From: Cyanophora paradoxa CCMP329
Lineage: Eukaryota; Plantae; Glaucophyta
Direction: 5' to 3'
DNA: 64,000 bases
Assembly: GCA_004431415.1 (NCBI GenBank)
Contig: QPMI01000049.1
Span: 1-64,000, forward strand
The notes below the pieces were generated by a model. It did not search any database, was not told where the DNA came from, and saw only the letters and a program-made list of their open reading frames with translations. Position 1 is the stretch's first letter, and every line of letters starts with the position of its first letter. Below are positions 46,116 through 59,858 of this stretch, one piece after another. The position numbers and the translations under genes are program-made.

Positions 46116-48796
46116 AGCTGCTGCTGCTGTTGCTGCTGCTGTTGCTGCGGCGGCTGCGGCTGCTTCTGCTGTTGCTGATGATGTTGTTGTTGTTGCTGCT
46201 GCTGCAGCAACAGCTGCTGCTGCTGCCGCCGCCGCCTCTGCTGGAGCTGCAGGGCGTGCTGTGCCTGCTGGCTGGTGGTGGGCTGCATGGGCGCCCGTTG
46301 TGCAGCGGCTGCCGCGGAGAGTGTCGTGGGATGCATAGCCGCCTGCATAGCAGCCACGGAGCCCATCTCGGCTGCTTCAGGAAGTGGCGCGACGCGCAGC
46401 TGTGACGATGAAGATGCCGCCTCGCCTGCCTGATGTTGGTGTTGGCTGTACGCCATCGGGAGATTGTGGCCCAAAGATGCAGACGGGACGCCTTGGCCCC
46501 AGGCCGCCCCCAGGGCAGTGGGATCCATCTCGCCAATCGCCTGTGTGCGAGTGTAGCTTCCCTGCACCCGGAGTTGGCAGAGGTGGGAGAGACGGATCGC
46601 CACCGTCGAAAGAGCGCTACCTGAGGGTGGAATGGCAGCCGGATGCGGATTCGTTCCTGCAAGGAGCCGCCAGCTGTGGCGTACGCGGCGCGCTGCAAAG
46701 CCTGCGCCTGCACCTGTACCTGCGCTTGAGCTTGCACAGCCTGCGCCTGCGCCTGCACACCGACAGGGATCAGCGCGTCAAAGCCCCGCTGGGAGAGGAG
46801 AGGGAGAGGAGGGGGGGGAGCAGAGCACACCATGCGTACATTGTAGGCCCCAGCAGGCGTGGCGGGCGCCTGCACTATGCCCGGGGCGAGGTCGAGGGGC
46901 ATGTGCAGGCCGGGCGCTTCCATCGGCACCGGGTCGAGCTGCATCGCCATCGTGGCGTGCCATGAGCCCGTGCGGCCCATATCGACGGGGGCAGGGAGCA
47001 GCTGGGCAGGGGGCTGCAGCCCCTGGCCCTGCGGCGACAGCAGCTGCTGCTGCGGCTCCTGGCCCTGGGGCGACCGCAGCTGCGTGTGCAGGGAGGTGGG
47101 GGAGTGCATCGGGTGCTGCACGGACGGCGAGTGCTGTGGCTGATGCTCGGGCTGCTCGCTGGGCGGCGCTGCAGGGACGTGCTCCTCGGGCGCGGGCCGC
47201 GGCGAGGCGGGGGCGAGAAGTGGCGGCGGCTTCTGCGCTCCAGCGTGAGCGGTATGCGATGAGGGTCAGCGGAAACCAAGCGCACTGGCCGCCTGCGGCG
47301 CGCGGGCTTAGCGCCCAGGTCCATTCGACTCGGCTGCGCCGGCTGCCAAGGACCGTCAGCAGGATGTGAGGGGAGGGCGGAGACGGCCCAGGCCTGCGCA
47401 CGTATTCGGAAAAGAAGCGCGTCCGGACGCCGAATGGGCGAATCTCCGCGTGCTTGGGGAGGGGCTTGTCGTCCGTCTCCCCTGCCCGGAGCGTTAGGCG
47501 AGCTCGAGTGCGGAAGCGAGAGCCCGGGTGAAGGGATCGAGCGCACCCAGCACGCGGTCGCGCCTCGGAATGCCCACCGCCTCGGAATTGGGCTGCAGGG
47601 GCACGGATCGGGGGCGCCGGAGCCAAAGCGGGGCGCAAGCGTTGCTCGCCTCGTCGGCTGCATATCCCTCGCGATCAGGCACGAGGTCATGCGGCGGGGT
47701 GGCATCCTGCAGCTCGATCCGCGGGGGGCGCGGGGCCGGACGGAGGCCAGCGAGGCGGGCGGCACGGGAGGCCAGGCTCCGCTCCACAGCCGCCCGGGCG
47801 GACTGCGCGGCCAGAGCGACGGTCTCCTCCAGGGCGGCCCACGGCTCTGTCGAATTTTCCGGCTTTGCCGTCTCTGCCACGCCCGACGACGAAGCTGGCG
47901 CGCTGGGGCCGGAGCCCTGTTCCGGAAGAGGCGGCGCGGGCGGTAGCGGATCGTCCGGTGGGGGGAAGTCGCCCGGCTTCGAGCTGCCGCGCGGCGCGCC
48001 CGCGCCCTGGCGGCCGGCGATCAGAGCCAGGGCGGCGTCGACGCGCTTTTTGAACTCCACTGCGACGCGGCGTGTCGGGGTTCGCCACGGCACAGGCGCG
48101 GCGAGGGCGCGGCGTGGGGCGGGGCACGGGAAGCGCACGCTTCGAGCACCACTTCATGACCTTGCGAATGCCTTCCTGCGCCTTCTCCGGGAAGACCCCG
48201 CGCTGCAAGCCGCACAAACGTCAGGCCGGCCGAAGAGGGCGGGCGGGCGGGAGGGCCGGCGCGGCACACGCACCGTCAGCATGGCGGCGCGGGCCTCACA
48301 GTCGCCGTGCGTGGGCTGCGCGAAGCGGCCCCGCCGCGCGCTTGCGCCGCTGACGGCCTCGCTGCAGAAGGAAGGGCGGGCGCTCAGGCGAGCGAGCTGC
48401 GCGGACGTCGACAATCGGGGGCGCACGCAATGATCGCCCACTCTTTGCCATACGCTTCGACGGCAGCCAAGAGTGCAGAGTCCTCGCTGCGGCAGGCGGG
48501 CAGAAACGTGAGGGGCGGCGCGGCGAGGCGGCGCGGCGGGGCGTGCAGGCACCCCGGGGACCAGTCCGTGAAGCGAACGAAGGCGTCGAACCGCTCGGGG
48601 AGCGCGTTCGCGCGCTGGGTCTTGAGCGTCGGCCAGGGCTTGGCCCACAGCGAGAGGGGCTCGACGCGCGCGCGGGCCGCAGCCGCAGCGGAACTGCACC
48701 GGCGTTGGGACGGAGCCGGAGGGCGCGGGCGCGGGCGGGGAGGGCGTCTGGGCGCACGCAGCGTTTTCGGGAGCCTCAGAGGCGGCTTCGGGCCCC

Positions 48797-48828
<32 letters not shown>

Positions 48829-51800
48829 TGCGGCGGCGGCGGCGGTCACACGAGGCGGCGGCGAGGGGCCCAGGCGAGAGGCCGAACACGGCGGACCGAG
48901 GCGTTTCTTCTTGCGAAGGAGGCGGTAGGCGCGCTCGGCGGCCTCGCCCGTGGGCGGCGGCGGCGGCGGCACAAGGGTGGCGTCCGAGTCGCAGCCGGCG
49001 TCCCCCTCCACGGGAGGAGCGGGACGGAAGAGGACGCGGCTGGAGTTCGGGGTCGGCTTCGGGATGCGGATACGGTGGGAAGGAGGCGGCTCGGGGGGCG
49101 GGGGCGGCGCGGGTGCCGCGATCTCCCCCGACCGGAGCCGAATCTTGACCTTCTTGATGGGCTGTGCGGGCTGCGCGCGGCCCGCGCGCGTCGATACGTG
49201 CGGGAAGCGCGGCACATTCCAGCACGGCCTAACATCAGAGCTCGGGCGGGAGCGCACGGAGGGGTCGGACTTGGGGCGGCGCTTGGCGCCGGGGTTGTCG
49301 CAGGGCATGCCCGGCGGGAGGGAGACGGGGAGCTCGGGATAGAATTCTGCGGGGCGCGCTCGCAAGAGACAAAAGCGGGGGGCGTGCGGTGCGGGGCGGC
49401 CGGCGGCCGCGCACCGTAGTACGTGTCGAGGGGGATGGAGTCGCCGGCGTGGAGGTCCACTGCGGCCGGCCGGGTGTCGGGGGCGGCCGGGCGACGGGAG
49501 GCGGGGAGGGCGGGCGGACCGTCGTCGAAGGCGGAGTGGGGCTGGGGGGGCGCGTAGAGCACGATGGTCCGGCGGACCACCACGTACTCATTCTGCTCCT
49601 GCGCGGGGCGTCGGACCTCCGGGGCGGCGCGAGGGGCGGAGGGCGGGCGAGGAAGAGTGCCGACCTCCCCAGCCCCCATCGCGTTTCCCTCCAGACTGGC
49701 GTCTTGCTCGCGGCCCGCCCCCGGGGCGGGCGTGCCGCCCCTGTCGGGGGGCACCTCGTAGAACAAGGGGTCGTCGTCGTCGAACTGCCGGTCCTCCACC
49801 TCCCGCTGCCGCTCCATCTCCGACAGGTTCCACTCCTGCGCGCCCTTGAGCCCCGCCCTCCAGCGCCCCAGCCGAAGCGACGCACCCGGTCGGCGAAGTT
49901 GGGGAGGAACTGGTCCACGTCGACGCTGGAGGTGCCGTGCAGGTTCTGCCAGTACCGGTACGCGAACCTGCTCCCGGCGAGTCTGGTTCAAAAGGGCGCG
50001 GCGCGGCGGAGCTAAAGGGAAGGCCGCCGCGCACAGCTCGACGGGGCGCAGGGCCGCCTCGACGTCGATGTAGTCGGGGTCCGCGAACCGCCCTTCCTCC
50101 TCCGCCGCCGCCGCCGTCACCGGCCGGCCCTCCTCGTCCTGCGCGCACACGCGCCGGCGGCGCGTCAGCCCCGGGCGCCCGAGCGAGCGGAGAGCGCGGA
50201 GCGCGCCAGCTGAACGATCTCCTCGGTGAACTCGCGCGCCTCCTCCGCCTCCTCCCGACGAACGTTCTCCGCCGCTGCCGCCCCCCGGGCCGCTCAGAAC
50301 ACCCGAATCGAGCAAGAGCAAAGTGAAACGGCTCACCGATGCGGTCCGTCTCGTCCTCGGCAGCGTCCAGGGCCTCGTCGAGGTCCCCCAGGCCCGCCTC
50401 CTCCCCCCCCTCCTCCCCGCCGCCCGCGGCGGCCGCGGCGCGCGCGGCCGCGGCCGGCGGGGAGGCCGTCGGGGCCCGCGCCGACCCGTCGGGCGAGACG
50501 CCGGGGATGTTTGGGAGCCCCACGAGCGTCCTGCGATGGCCCCCGCGCGTCTCAGCCGCGCCTCTCCCCTCCCCCCTCGTTTCGGAGCGCACCCGGCCTC
50601 GGCGGCGGACTGCTCGAAGAGATCGCGGATGTCGAACTTCTGGGACACGCCGGCCGCCAGCGCAGCCTCCATCGAGAAGTTGCCCGCCTGCCGAGCGGCG
50701 CGGCGCGCTCGTCAGGACCCGCTCGTTGTTCCAAGCCAAGAGGGCGCTTCCTAATTCTTTCATCGAAAAAGGTTCGTCCAAGAGCGCGGACCTTGATGAC
50801 GAGGTCGTTGAGGAAGCGCTTCTGGTTGGCCTTCTTCAGGATGTTCTCCTCGACGGTCCGCTCCGAGACCAGCCGGTAGATGTGCACCTGTTCGGAGCGA
50901 GAGAGTCAGGAAAGGGACGGGTGGGGAGAGGCGCTCGAAGGGAGGGGCCCGCCTCGCGGGTCTGGCCGATGCGGTGGCAGCGGTCCTGCGCCTGCCGGTC
51001 CATCGCCGGGTTCCAGTCCGAATCTGAGGGGCCGGCGGCCTCAGCGCCCCGCCCACCCACCCCAGCCCTAGCGCTGAAGCCTCGTCAGCGCGGCACGGTG
51101 CGCACCGTAGAAGATTACAGTGTCGGCGCCCGTGAGGTTGATGCCGACGCCCCCGGAGCGCGTCGAGAGGATGAAGATGAAGTACCTGCTCGGCGGGAGG
51201 GGAGGGCGGCGAGGATCAGCGCGAGGGGATTCGGGAGGGGAAGGCCAGGCCGCACTTGTCGCTCGAGTTGAACTTCTCCATGAGTTTCTGGCGCTCGTCC
51301 ACCTTGGTGGTGCCGTCCAGGCGCAGGTACGTGTACCCGTAGATCGACAGGAACTTCTCGAGGATGTCCAGAACCTGGAAAGGGGTCGTGTCGGGCGCTG
51401 CCAGGGCTCTTTCGGAGGATCGTTCGGACCTTGGTCATTTGGGAGAAGATGAGGGCGCGGTGGCGCTCGGCCTTGAGCTGGACGAGGAGCTTGGCGAGGA
51501 CCTGGAGCTTGCCGCAGTCGAACTGGACGAGGCGCTTGTCCGGGAAGAAGAGCTGCGTGCGGATGAAGGCCGGCCGCAGGATGTCCAGCGACCCGCAGAA
51601 GGCGTCGTGGACCTCCACGGCGCGCCGCCGCTCGCCCAGCGCCGCCGAGGGGAGCGGGTGCGAGCAGTGCGACGTGATGGGGAGCGCCCGCACGCGCGGG
51701 ATCACCATCACGAAGTGCGAGACGACCTCCCGCATCCGCTCCGCGCGCTCCTCGGTCGTCGTGCAGGCGTCCCGCAGCGCGCGCGTGTAGTCGAAGTAGC

Positions 51801-54800
51801 GGCGCGGGTCCGACGCCACGGCGCGCACGTCCTCGGGCCCCAGCATGCGCGCCACGCGGAGCAGCTCCGAGCCGTAGACCGGCGCCGCCGCGCAGCGCCG
51901 GTCGTTCAGGGTGGCCCAGAGGGCGCCCTTGGCTGCGGCGCGCGCCCTCCACTCCTCCCGGTCCGCCGCGAACTGGGCCCGCAGGAGCGCGGCCGTCGCC
52001 GCGTCCAGCTCCTTCGGGATCGGCGGCGGCGCCGGCGGCTCGACGGCGCCGATCTCCTCGATCAGCTTCCTGGAAGTGCACACGAGTCAGGCGCGGCCCA
52101 AGGCGAGCGGCGGGGCCGGGGGCGGACTTGGGGCAGAGCTCGCGGGTGCGCTCGGCGGCCAGGCAGCTCATCTCCTCGAACTCGGAGAGCACGAAGTTGA
52201 GCGCCGCCGGCGAGACGTGCTCCCTGCGCCGCCGCCGCCGCCGCTTTAGGAGAAGAAGAAAACGACGAAGGCAGGGGACGGGGGTGCGCACAGCGGGTGC
52301 TTCTCGAGGGCCCGGAAGGCGAGCGAGGCCGTCCAGTACCTGCGAGGCCGTGAGGAAGGCGGCGGAGCGGGGAGCGATCCCGCGGGGGCGCACGAGATGG
52401 CGGGCGGGTCGAGCGAGGAGACGATGGGCCGCTCCTCGAACATATCCGGGTGGTTGCACACCTGCAGGGCGGGATCAGAGGAGTCCTGTGGCGGAGCGGA
52501 AACTGAGGCGGCTCGCGCCTTGCGGAGCTGCATGAGGACGTTGGCGATGGCCATGAAGTTGCCCGAAGCCAGAGCCTCCTTCGTGTCCGAGCGGCAGATG
52601 ACTGCGGGGAGGGTACGTTGAGAGGCGAAGAGGAGGCGGGCGCGGCGCGGCGCGGCGCGGGGCGGGGCACGCACAGTCCTCGTACAGGCAGCGCTGCCGC
52701 TTGGAGAGCGGGCACATGATGACGTGCTCGAACTGCGGGGGCGGCCGGTGAGACGGGCGTGGCGGGGCGCGAGAGGAGGGCGGCGTGCCTTGGGCGGCAG
52801 GGACTTCTCGACCTCGGACTTGAGGCGGCGCAGGAGGAAGGGCCGCAGCACGTTGTGCATGCGCTGCGGGGCGCGCGCCTTGTCGGGCAACGAACGCTGC
52901 GGTGGAGGGCGCGGGGGGTGCGAGGGCACCTGGACGATGTCGGAGCGGACCGACTCGCTGCCCTCCACCATCCCCTGGATCGGGTTCGCGAACCACTGCG
53001 CGAACTCCTGCTTCGATTGGAAAACTGCGCGGGCGGGCGGCGCCGTCAGCCGCGGCCCGGGCGCTCGCGCGCGCCCCCGCGCCGCGCACTGGTGGGCATG
53101 AGGAAGTGCATGAGGGACCAGAGCTCCATCATGTTGTTCTGGAGGGGGGTGCCCGTGAGGAGCAGGCGCCGCCGCGTGTTGAAATTCAGCAGCATCTGCC
53201 AGCGCTGCGACTTCCAGTTCTTGATGTTGTGCGCCTCGTCCAGGATGAAGTACTGCCACTGCGGGCCGGCGTCGCCGAGAGAGCGGGAGGGGCTGAGAGG
53301 GCGGCCATCTCTCTACCTTCTTGCGCCGGAAGATGAACTGGTCCTGCACGACGAGCTTGTACGACGTGATGCAGACGTCTGCGGGGCGGGGCGGGCCGGG
53401 GCGTCTGAGCGGGATCCGCGCGATCGACGAGGCCGGAGCGGGGCGCACGGAAGGAGTTGGGGTTGTTCCACCCCTTGCGCTTCTCCTTGCGCTCCTTGAG
53501 GGAGCCGTGGTAGCAGAGGACCTGCGGGGCCGTCAGAGCCGAGCTTATCGAATGCATTTGGAGACGGCAGGGGCGGCGCGCCTTGAAGGCGGGGGCCCAC
53601 TTGTAGAACTCGATCTCCCAGTTGAGCATGACGGATGTGGGGACGACGATGAGGTGGGGGCCCCAGACGCCCCGCTCCACCGCCGCGTGCGCCAGCATCG
53701 AGATCGTCATGATCGTCTTGCCTGCGCGCGCGCGCCCCCGGCGTCGGCGGGCCGCGGGGCGCGGGGCGCGGTCAGGGCCGGTCGCACCGAGGCCCATCTC
53801 GTCAGCGAGGATGCCGTTTAGGCGCTTCTCGTACATGTTCACGAGCCAGTCGAGCCCGATCAGCTGCGGGGCGGCTCAGCAAAGCGGCGGAGAGGGCCCG
53901 CCGGCTCCGCGCGCCTGGTACTCGCGGAGCTTCCCGCGGAGGATGGACGGCTCCTGGACCTTGATGCGCGTCGTCTCGAGCGTGTACCCCGTCGGCTGCG
54001 CGGGCGGGCGGGCGGGTCGGCGAGGAGACTCGGGCGGCGAGTCAGTTTGGAAGAGCGCACGGCAGCGGAGGCGGCCATGGCGGCGGCCGCCTGGATGCGC
54101 TCCGTCTCGTTCTGGGCGGCCCGCCCGCCCGAGACCAGCAGCTCGGCGGTCCCCGGCGCGTCGTCCCCTTCCTCCTCCTCGCTCCCGGCGCCGCCCTCGC
54201 CTTTCCCGTCCGCCTCCGGCTTCGCCTCCTTCTGCTCCGCCTCGGCCTTCGGCCCCTTCGGCTCCTCCTCGGCCTTCGCCGCAGGCTCCTCTTTCGTCTC
54301 CTCCTTGGCCGCGGACGAGGCGGCGGGGGCGGGGGCGGGGGCGTCGCCCATCTCGGCGTCGCCGTCCGCGTCCGCGCCCGCGTCCGCCTCGCCCCCAAAG
54401 CCGTAGAGGCGGCGCAGCTCCTCGATGTCCATCTCGCCCTCGGCCTTCAGGTCGTCCAGCTCCGCCGCGCTCGATGACTTGCCCGCCCTCGCCGCCGCCG
54501 CCGCCGCCGCCTCCTCCTCCGCCTCGTCCCGCGACAGCTGCGGGCGAGCGCGGGCCGGACCCGGCGTGAGCGGCGCCCCATCCAGCGCAGGGTGGGGCCC
54601 ACCTCGGACTCGTCGTCCTCGTCCTCGCCCTCCGCCACGTCGGGAACGAACTCCTTCCCCGCGCCCTCCTCGTCCTCCTCCTCCTCCTCCTCCTCCTCGT
54701 CTTCCTCCTCCTCCTCCTCGGCCTTGGGCTCCTGCTTCACCTCCGCGGCGGGCTTCGCCGGCTCGGAGCTCGGGGCCGCCGCAGCCTCGGAGGGGTCGGC

Positions 54801-57350
54801 AGCGGCCTGCGGGGGCACGGCGGCGGACTCCGAGGGGCCCTCCGCGGCCTTGGACGGGGCCGGGGCGCCCTCCGCCTCGGCGCCCGGGGCGGCCTCCTCG
54901 CCTCCGCCCTCGCCCCCGCCCCCGCCCTCGCCCTCGCCCCCGCCCCCGCCCTCGTCGCCCTCCTCCTCGCCCCCTTCGCCATCCTCGTCCTCCTCGCCCC
55001 CCTCCGCCTCGCTCCCCTCGGCGCTGTCCTCGTCGAGCTCCATCGCGTCGGCCCCCGCCGCGCGCGCCTCCTCCGCCAGGCGCCGCTTTAGCTCTTCTAC
55101 GTCGATCTCCGCTGCGGCGCGCGTGAGCGGGGCGGGGGCCTGGAGACGTCGCCGCGGCTCCCGCACCCTCATCGCGCAGGGCCTCCAGCTCGTTGGGCGC
55201 CGGCGTCTCCTCGTCCTCCGCCGCTTCCTCGTCCCCGCTCTCTTCCGACTCCGAGCCGGCCGCCGAGTCTGCCGCACCGCACTCACTCCCGCGCCCGCAG
55301 AGGACGAGGTGGGACGCGCTCACCGTCCGGCTTGAACTCGCCGTCCTGCTCATCGCCGGAGCGGGGGCGCTTGGCCGGCTCGACGCCGGCGCCGGAGCCG
55401 GCGGCGGCGGCCTCGGCGGGGCTCGGGCCGGAGGGCCCCGAGGCGAGCTGCTCGGCAAGCATGTTGCTGTAACGCTCCGTCTGCCCGACGAGAAAGTCCA
55501 GGTGCTTGTCCAGGGCCTGCCCGGCGCCGCGGCGCCGCCTCAGCGGCCGCCGAACTCTCTGGATCCGGAGGAGGGAGGAAGGGCGCACCTGCTGCTTCTT
55601 GTACTTGATGTCCTGCTCCGTCTTGTAGCGGAGGACGAACTCGATCTGCGGCGCACGCGCGCTGGGTCGGCCGGGGCGAGGCGGGCCGCGCCGCGCGCCG
55701 CGCGGACAGCCGCGCCGACCTGCGTCCAGAACTTCTTGACCATCTTGGAGAGGTCCGCGGCGACGCGCCGCTGGCGGTTCTCCGCCTCCTGCAAGCCGAG
55801 AGTTCGGCGGGGCGGCGCGGGACGGATGCGTCGCCGGGGGCGGCGGAGGGTTCGGCGAACCTTGTCCTTGTTGCGCTCCTTGCCCTCCTTGTCCTGCCAG
55901 TACTTCTGGATCGCCTTCGAGACCTGGGCGGCGCCTCAGCGCGCGGGACTCGGGTCGAATCGCGGATCGGCGGCTCGCCTTCTTTGCGGCGGCCATCTTC
56001 CACTTGCGCTCCTCTTTGAAATCGTTCGAAAGCCAGAGCTGCATCGGGGAAAAAAGAAAAGTCAAGGAAACGAATGCGTTCTGGTGGCGCGCAGGCCTCG
56101 GGCCGACCGCCTCGTCGATGACATAGTCCCAGTGGCACTTGTTCCGCTGCGGCTCGGGCGCCCGGTTGCGCCGCAGGGCGGCACGCTCCTTCTCGATGGC
56201 GGCGGCGCGGAGGAGGATCGACTCCTCCTGCTCGCGCGTGTACTTCTTCCTGCGCGCCGCCGCGGCCGAGGCGGCGAGGGCGGCCAGAGCCTCCGGGGTC
56301 AACGTGGAGGGGTCCACGGGGCCGGCCTGGCGTCATGGCAAAAAGTCAGCGGGAGAACCAGCTCGGCTGTGGAAAAGGGGAAGCCGGCCCACCTGATCTA
56401 TTTCCATGTCGGTCGGGGCGGTCGTGGCCGGTACGGAGGGGACTTCGGCCGCGGGCGTGTCGTTGTCAGGGCCAGGGGCAGGGGGTGAACGGCTTGGCGA
56501 GACCGCCGACAGGAGTGCCCCGCGGGGGGTTTGCGCCCCGCCGGGAGGCTCCCCGCTGGGGGTCTGAGTTGAAGGAGAGGCCGGAGCTGTAGGCAAAGGA
56601 GAGCTGGTCCCCGCTCGGGCCCCGTCCGCCTCCTCCTTCACCTTCTGCAGCTCCGGGGAAGAGACCGCGGGCAGTTTCCGCGCGGCCCGCCCGCCCCCCT
56701 TCGCGCGCGAGCCTTGTCCGGATGGGATCTGCGCGCACTTAGTTCGTAGAAAGGATGCCGGGGCCGCGTCGGGCCCTGCACCTTCGGCTCAGGCTGACTG
56801 CGGTCGATGTTAAAACGAAAGCGAAGAACAGAGAGTGGCGTTGTGCACCCTTCTGCATTTGCAGAGCTGCTTGGCGTTCCGGCGCTGTCCAGTGCCGCCT
56901 GCTGAGCAAGGATGCCGCTGATCAGACGCGTGAAGGCGGACAAGTCCAGGCCGTCCCCGGGCTTGATCGTCGCGACGAACTCGGGGAATTCCTTCTCTTC
57001 CTCTTCCTTTCGTTGTCTGAAGCGGTTGAGAGTCAGGCGCCAGCTGGGGAGAGCGCGCGAAGCGCTCAGCCGGACCCGAGTTGGGCCTCCTTCTCGCGGA
57101 GCAGCTCCGGGCCCGCCGCTTCGCTCTTGCATGACTGCGAAGCTTCGCTTTTGCCATGCCTTCCTGCGGGCTGTCGAGTTCCAGCGTCAGCGCCCCGCGA
57201 TGCGAGCGCCCGGCTTCGCGGGCGATGGGCATTCGAGGAGGAGCTAGCCGCCGCAGGCGGCTGCGTCAGATGTACGCGCGCTTCTCGGGGCATTTCTGCA
57301 CGCGCCAGCGCGCCGAGGTTGGCTGGGTTGGGCGATGGCACCTTGCCCAT
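45962..57350 (-). CDS. SWR1: SWR1/PIE1/SRCAP Snf2-family chromatin remodeller (HSA, split ATPase, SANT, Q-rich tail); ends approximate
   Basis: [21 protein letters not shown] (HSA), [142 protein letters not shown] (SANT). Confidence 0.93.
46003..46230 (-). repeat. (CAG)n microsatellite encoding polyQ
   Basis: Long CTG run on the plus strand, in frame with ORF 45962..46603. Confidence 0.9.
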
Positions 57351-57558
57351 GCCAGGCAGCCCGTAGGAGCGCGAGGCTCCCTCTTACGTGTGCAGAATCG
57401 ATCGAACAGCGATCGAGCTGGGTTCGGATGGGGGGTGGAGCCTGGCCTTCAAGGGGGTACAGCAGTACTCGCCTGGGACGCTCGCGAAGGTGCCTCTCAC
57501 AACGTGCCCCGCGCCCCTCCGGCTAGCTGCTGACCGCTGATACCGCGTGCTTTTGCAG

Positions 57559-57821
57559 ATGGACGCGCAGGTGAGGCCCTGGCGCCCGCTGTCTCCGAGG
57601 CCGTGATTCGCGCCCTGACCTGCCGCTCGCAGCCCGTCAAGCTCGCTAAGGTCACTAAGATCCTGGGCCGCACCGGCTCTCGCGGTGGCATCACCCAGGT
57701 CCGCGTCGACTTCCTGGACGACCAGAACCGCTCGATCATCCGCAACGTGAAGGGCCCCGTGCGTGAGGGCGACATCCTCACCCTCATGGAGTCCGAGCGC
57801 GAGGCCCGCCGCCTCCGGTGA
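57559..57821 (+). CDS. RPS28: 40S ribosomal protein S28 (eS28), one coding intron
   Basis: MDAQ|[62 protein letters not shown]. Confidence 0.97.
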
Positions 57822-58700
57822 GCGGCGATCGCGGCGCTCCGCTGCGTGGCTTCGCTCACCCGCGTGCAGGTAATCGATCTCGCGTGTTCGTATGCCGCGA
57901 GCTACGCTTTCGTACCGATCGTTAGCATGGCCTAGCTGCACCTCTAGCGACCAGCACGAGCGCTCAAACATGTCGTCCCTTGTCGTCCCATGGCAAACAC
58001 TCTGACAACGTGCTGGCTCTATTCTGGAGTACGGCGGGCCCTATGAAGCGAGCGGCTGTCGTCTCGAGGGCCATGGGTTAGCTGCTTGCGGACCCTTTTC
58101 ACCACGGGATGGGGGGCGAGCTCTCTGCGGAACCTCTCTTGCGCCTGCTCTCCTAGATCCTCTCATGCGGGCCACCAGAGCCCTTTGCCTTCATTCATGT
58201 GCTAGAACTGCTACACACCGTTCACATTGCACTGGCGCCTCTACCGTTGGTGCCGAAGCATTAGTGTGCCAGCTGCAGGGCCAGAACTAGATCTAGATCT
58301 AGAGGGGGCCCGAGCTCGAGGCTACAGCAGCAGTCGGACTAAGGATCATTAAGCTCTAGCATAACTCTGTTAGGAATGCCAACTGCATGCGCAGCTGGCC
58401 GCATGCATGGACTATCGACCCTGACTCAGTGACCCACGGTACTAGTCCACAGTACAGTACATGTGGAGCCTCGAGCTTCATGCACGTGCACGTGCATCAA
58501 CAACTTGAATTATAATTACGTTACGAAGGGCAAATTACAGCCGTCGTGTCTGGGATCCGGGATACTGTGGAGCCTCGCGATTGAGCTCGAGCTTCATGCA
58601 CGATTGAGCGTAGTCTTCTCCCTTCTGTATGCCATCTGCGTGCAGTGCTGCCGCTAGATATCAAACCAATGCTATTAAATAGAAGGTTCAGAAGCAGTAA

Positions 58701-59448
58701 CTACGCATGCAGATTGCAAAGAGGAAGCTTCAAACGATAAGCATGAGTCCCGTTTAGATAGTACCTAAAAGAACGAGGGGGCCGTCAAATGAGGATTTTT
58801 ACGTTGCAAAGTGAGGAAATTCGAGTTGCAACGCGCATGACTGTCGCCCTTACCTGTGTAATCTCTTTTCCCTAATAAATCCAAGGTTCTCGTACAGGGC
58901 TAGGGCACCAGCGTTCTGGACCTGCGCAAAGCGTGTGATGCCCAGAAATGAGTTGAATAGAGAAAATTATTACCTCGGTCTCTAGTACAACCTCGTTCGC
59001 GCCCTCGGCCTCCATCTGCTGGATAGCTTTTGACACCAGCAGGGATCCTATGCCGCGCTTCCGATACGCCTTGTCGACGGCGAGCATCGCGATGTAGCCC
59101 CGGTAAGATTCTCGGTGCATGTCAAGCTTGCATACAATGACTCTGCCAGGCCGGTCAACGGATGCAAAAACAATGCAAGTCGCTTGATGTTCGCTGCGCA
59201 CCCAATGCACGAGCCGGCGCTCATTGCGAGGAAGCAAAGCTGCGGCCACTGGTTGATGAAGTAGCTACGCATTCGGTCAGTGGCACTCTGGGCGCTCTGC
59301 GCATGCGTGCCGCCGCTGCGCACCGGTAGGTGAAGATTGTGTAAGGCTCGGAGAGCTCGTCGCTGATCAGCGCCGTGATGAGCGGCAGCTGCGTCTCGTC
59401 TACGTACTTCTCGATCCGGATTTCAGCACCCGCCGCAGCGCCCGCCAT
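58701..59448 (-). CDS. NAA30: N-alpha-acetyltransferase 30 (NatC catalytic subunit, MAK3), multi-exon
   Basis: [35 protein letters not shown]...[46 protein letters not shown]. Confidence 0.95.
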
Positions 59449-59858
59449 CGTCTTGGCGCTGTGCGGCGAAGCGCGGGGCTCGTCCGGCGCGCCGCGGCGC
59501 TCGTAGGCCGCGAGGATGATTTGCTGTAAAGCTGAAGCTCGAGAGCTAGATCCTGGCGGGCTCCGCTCGACTACCCACAACAAGCCAACCAATCGTGTAC
59601 CCCATTCGGGGCTCCAAGCCGGCAGCTTGCTCCAAAGATAGAACCATCAACGCGGCGGGCGGTCGGTGGCCGAGCGCGTCAGTCTCACACTCCCGCCGGC
59701 GCACACTCAGTCAGCACGTGGAGCTTAGCTAAATATAGTTAGCTTTCACAGCTTTCCATTACCGTGTGAGCTGCTTTGAAAGGCGTCTTAACGGCTCGAA
59801 AGCTTAGCTGGAGACTGCCCGCGCCCGTGCACAGATCCAGCCCCGAGATTACAGAGCG

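Noticed and set aside
45892-46405. PolyA, polyC, polyL and polyS ORFs
   Set aside because: Alternative frames of the (CAG)n polyQ tract.
46778-56488. Many long Arg/Pro/Gly/Ala-rich ORFs on both strands
   Set aside because: Shadow ORFs of the very GC-rich, intron-containing SWR1 gene.
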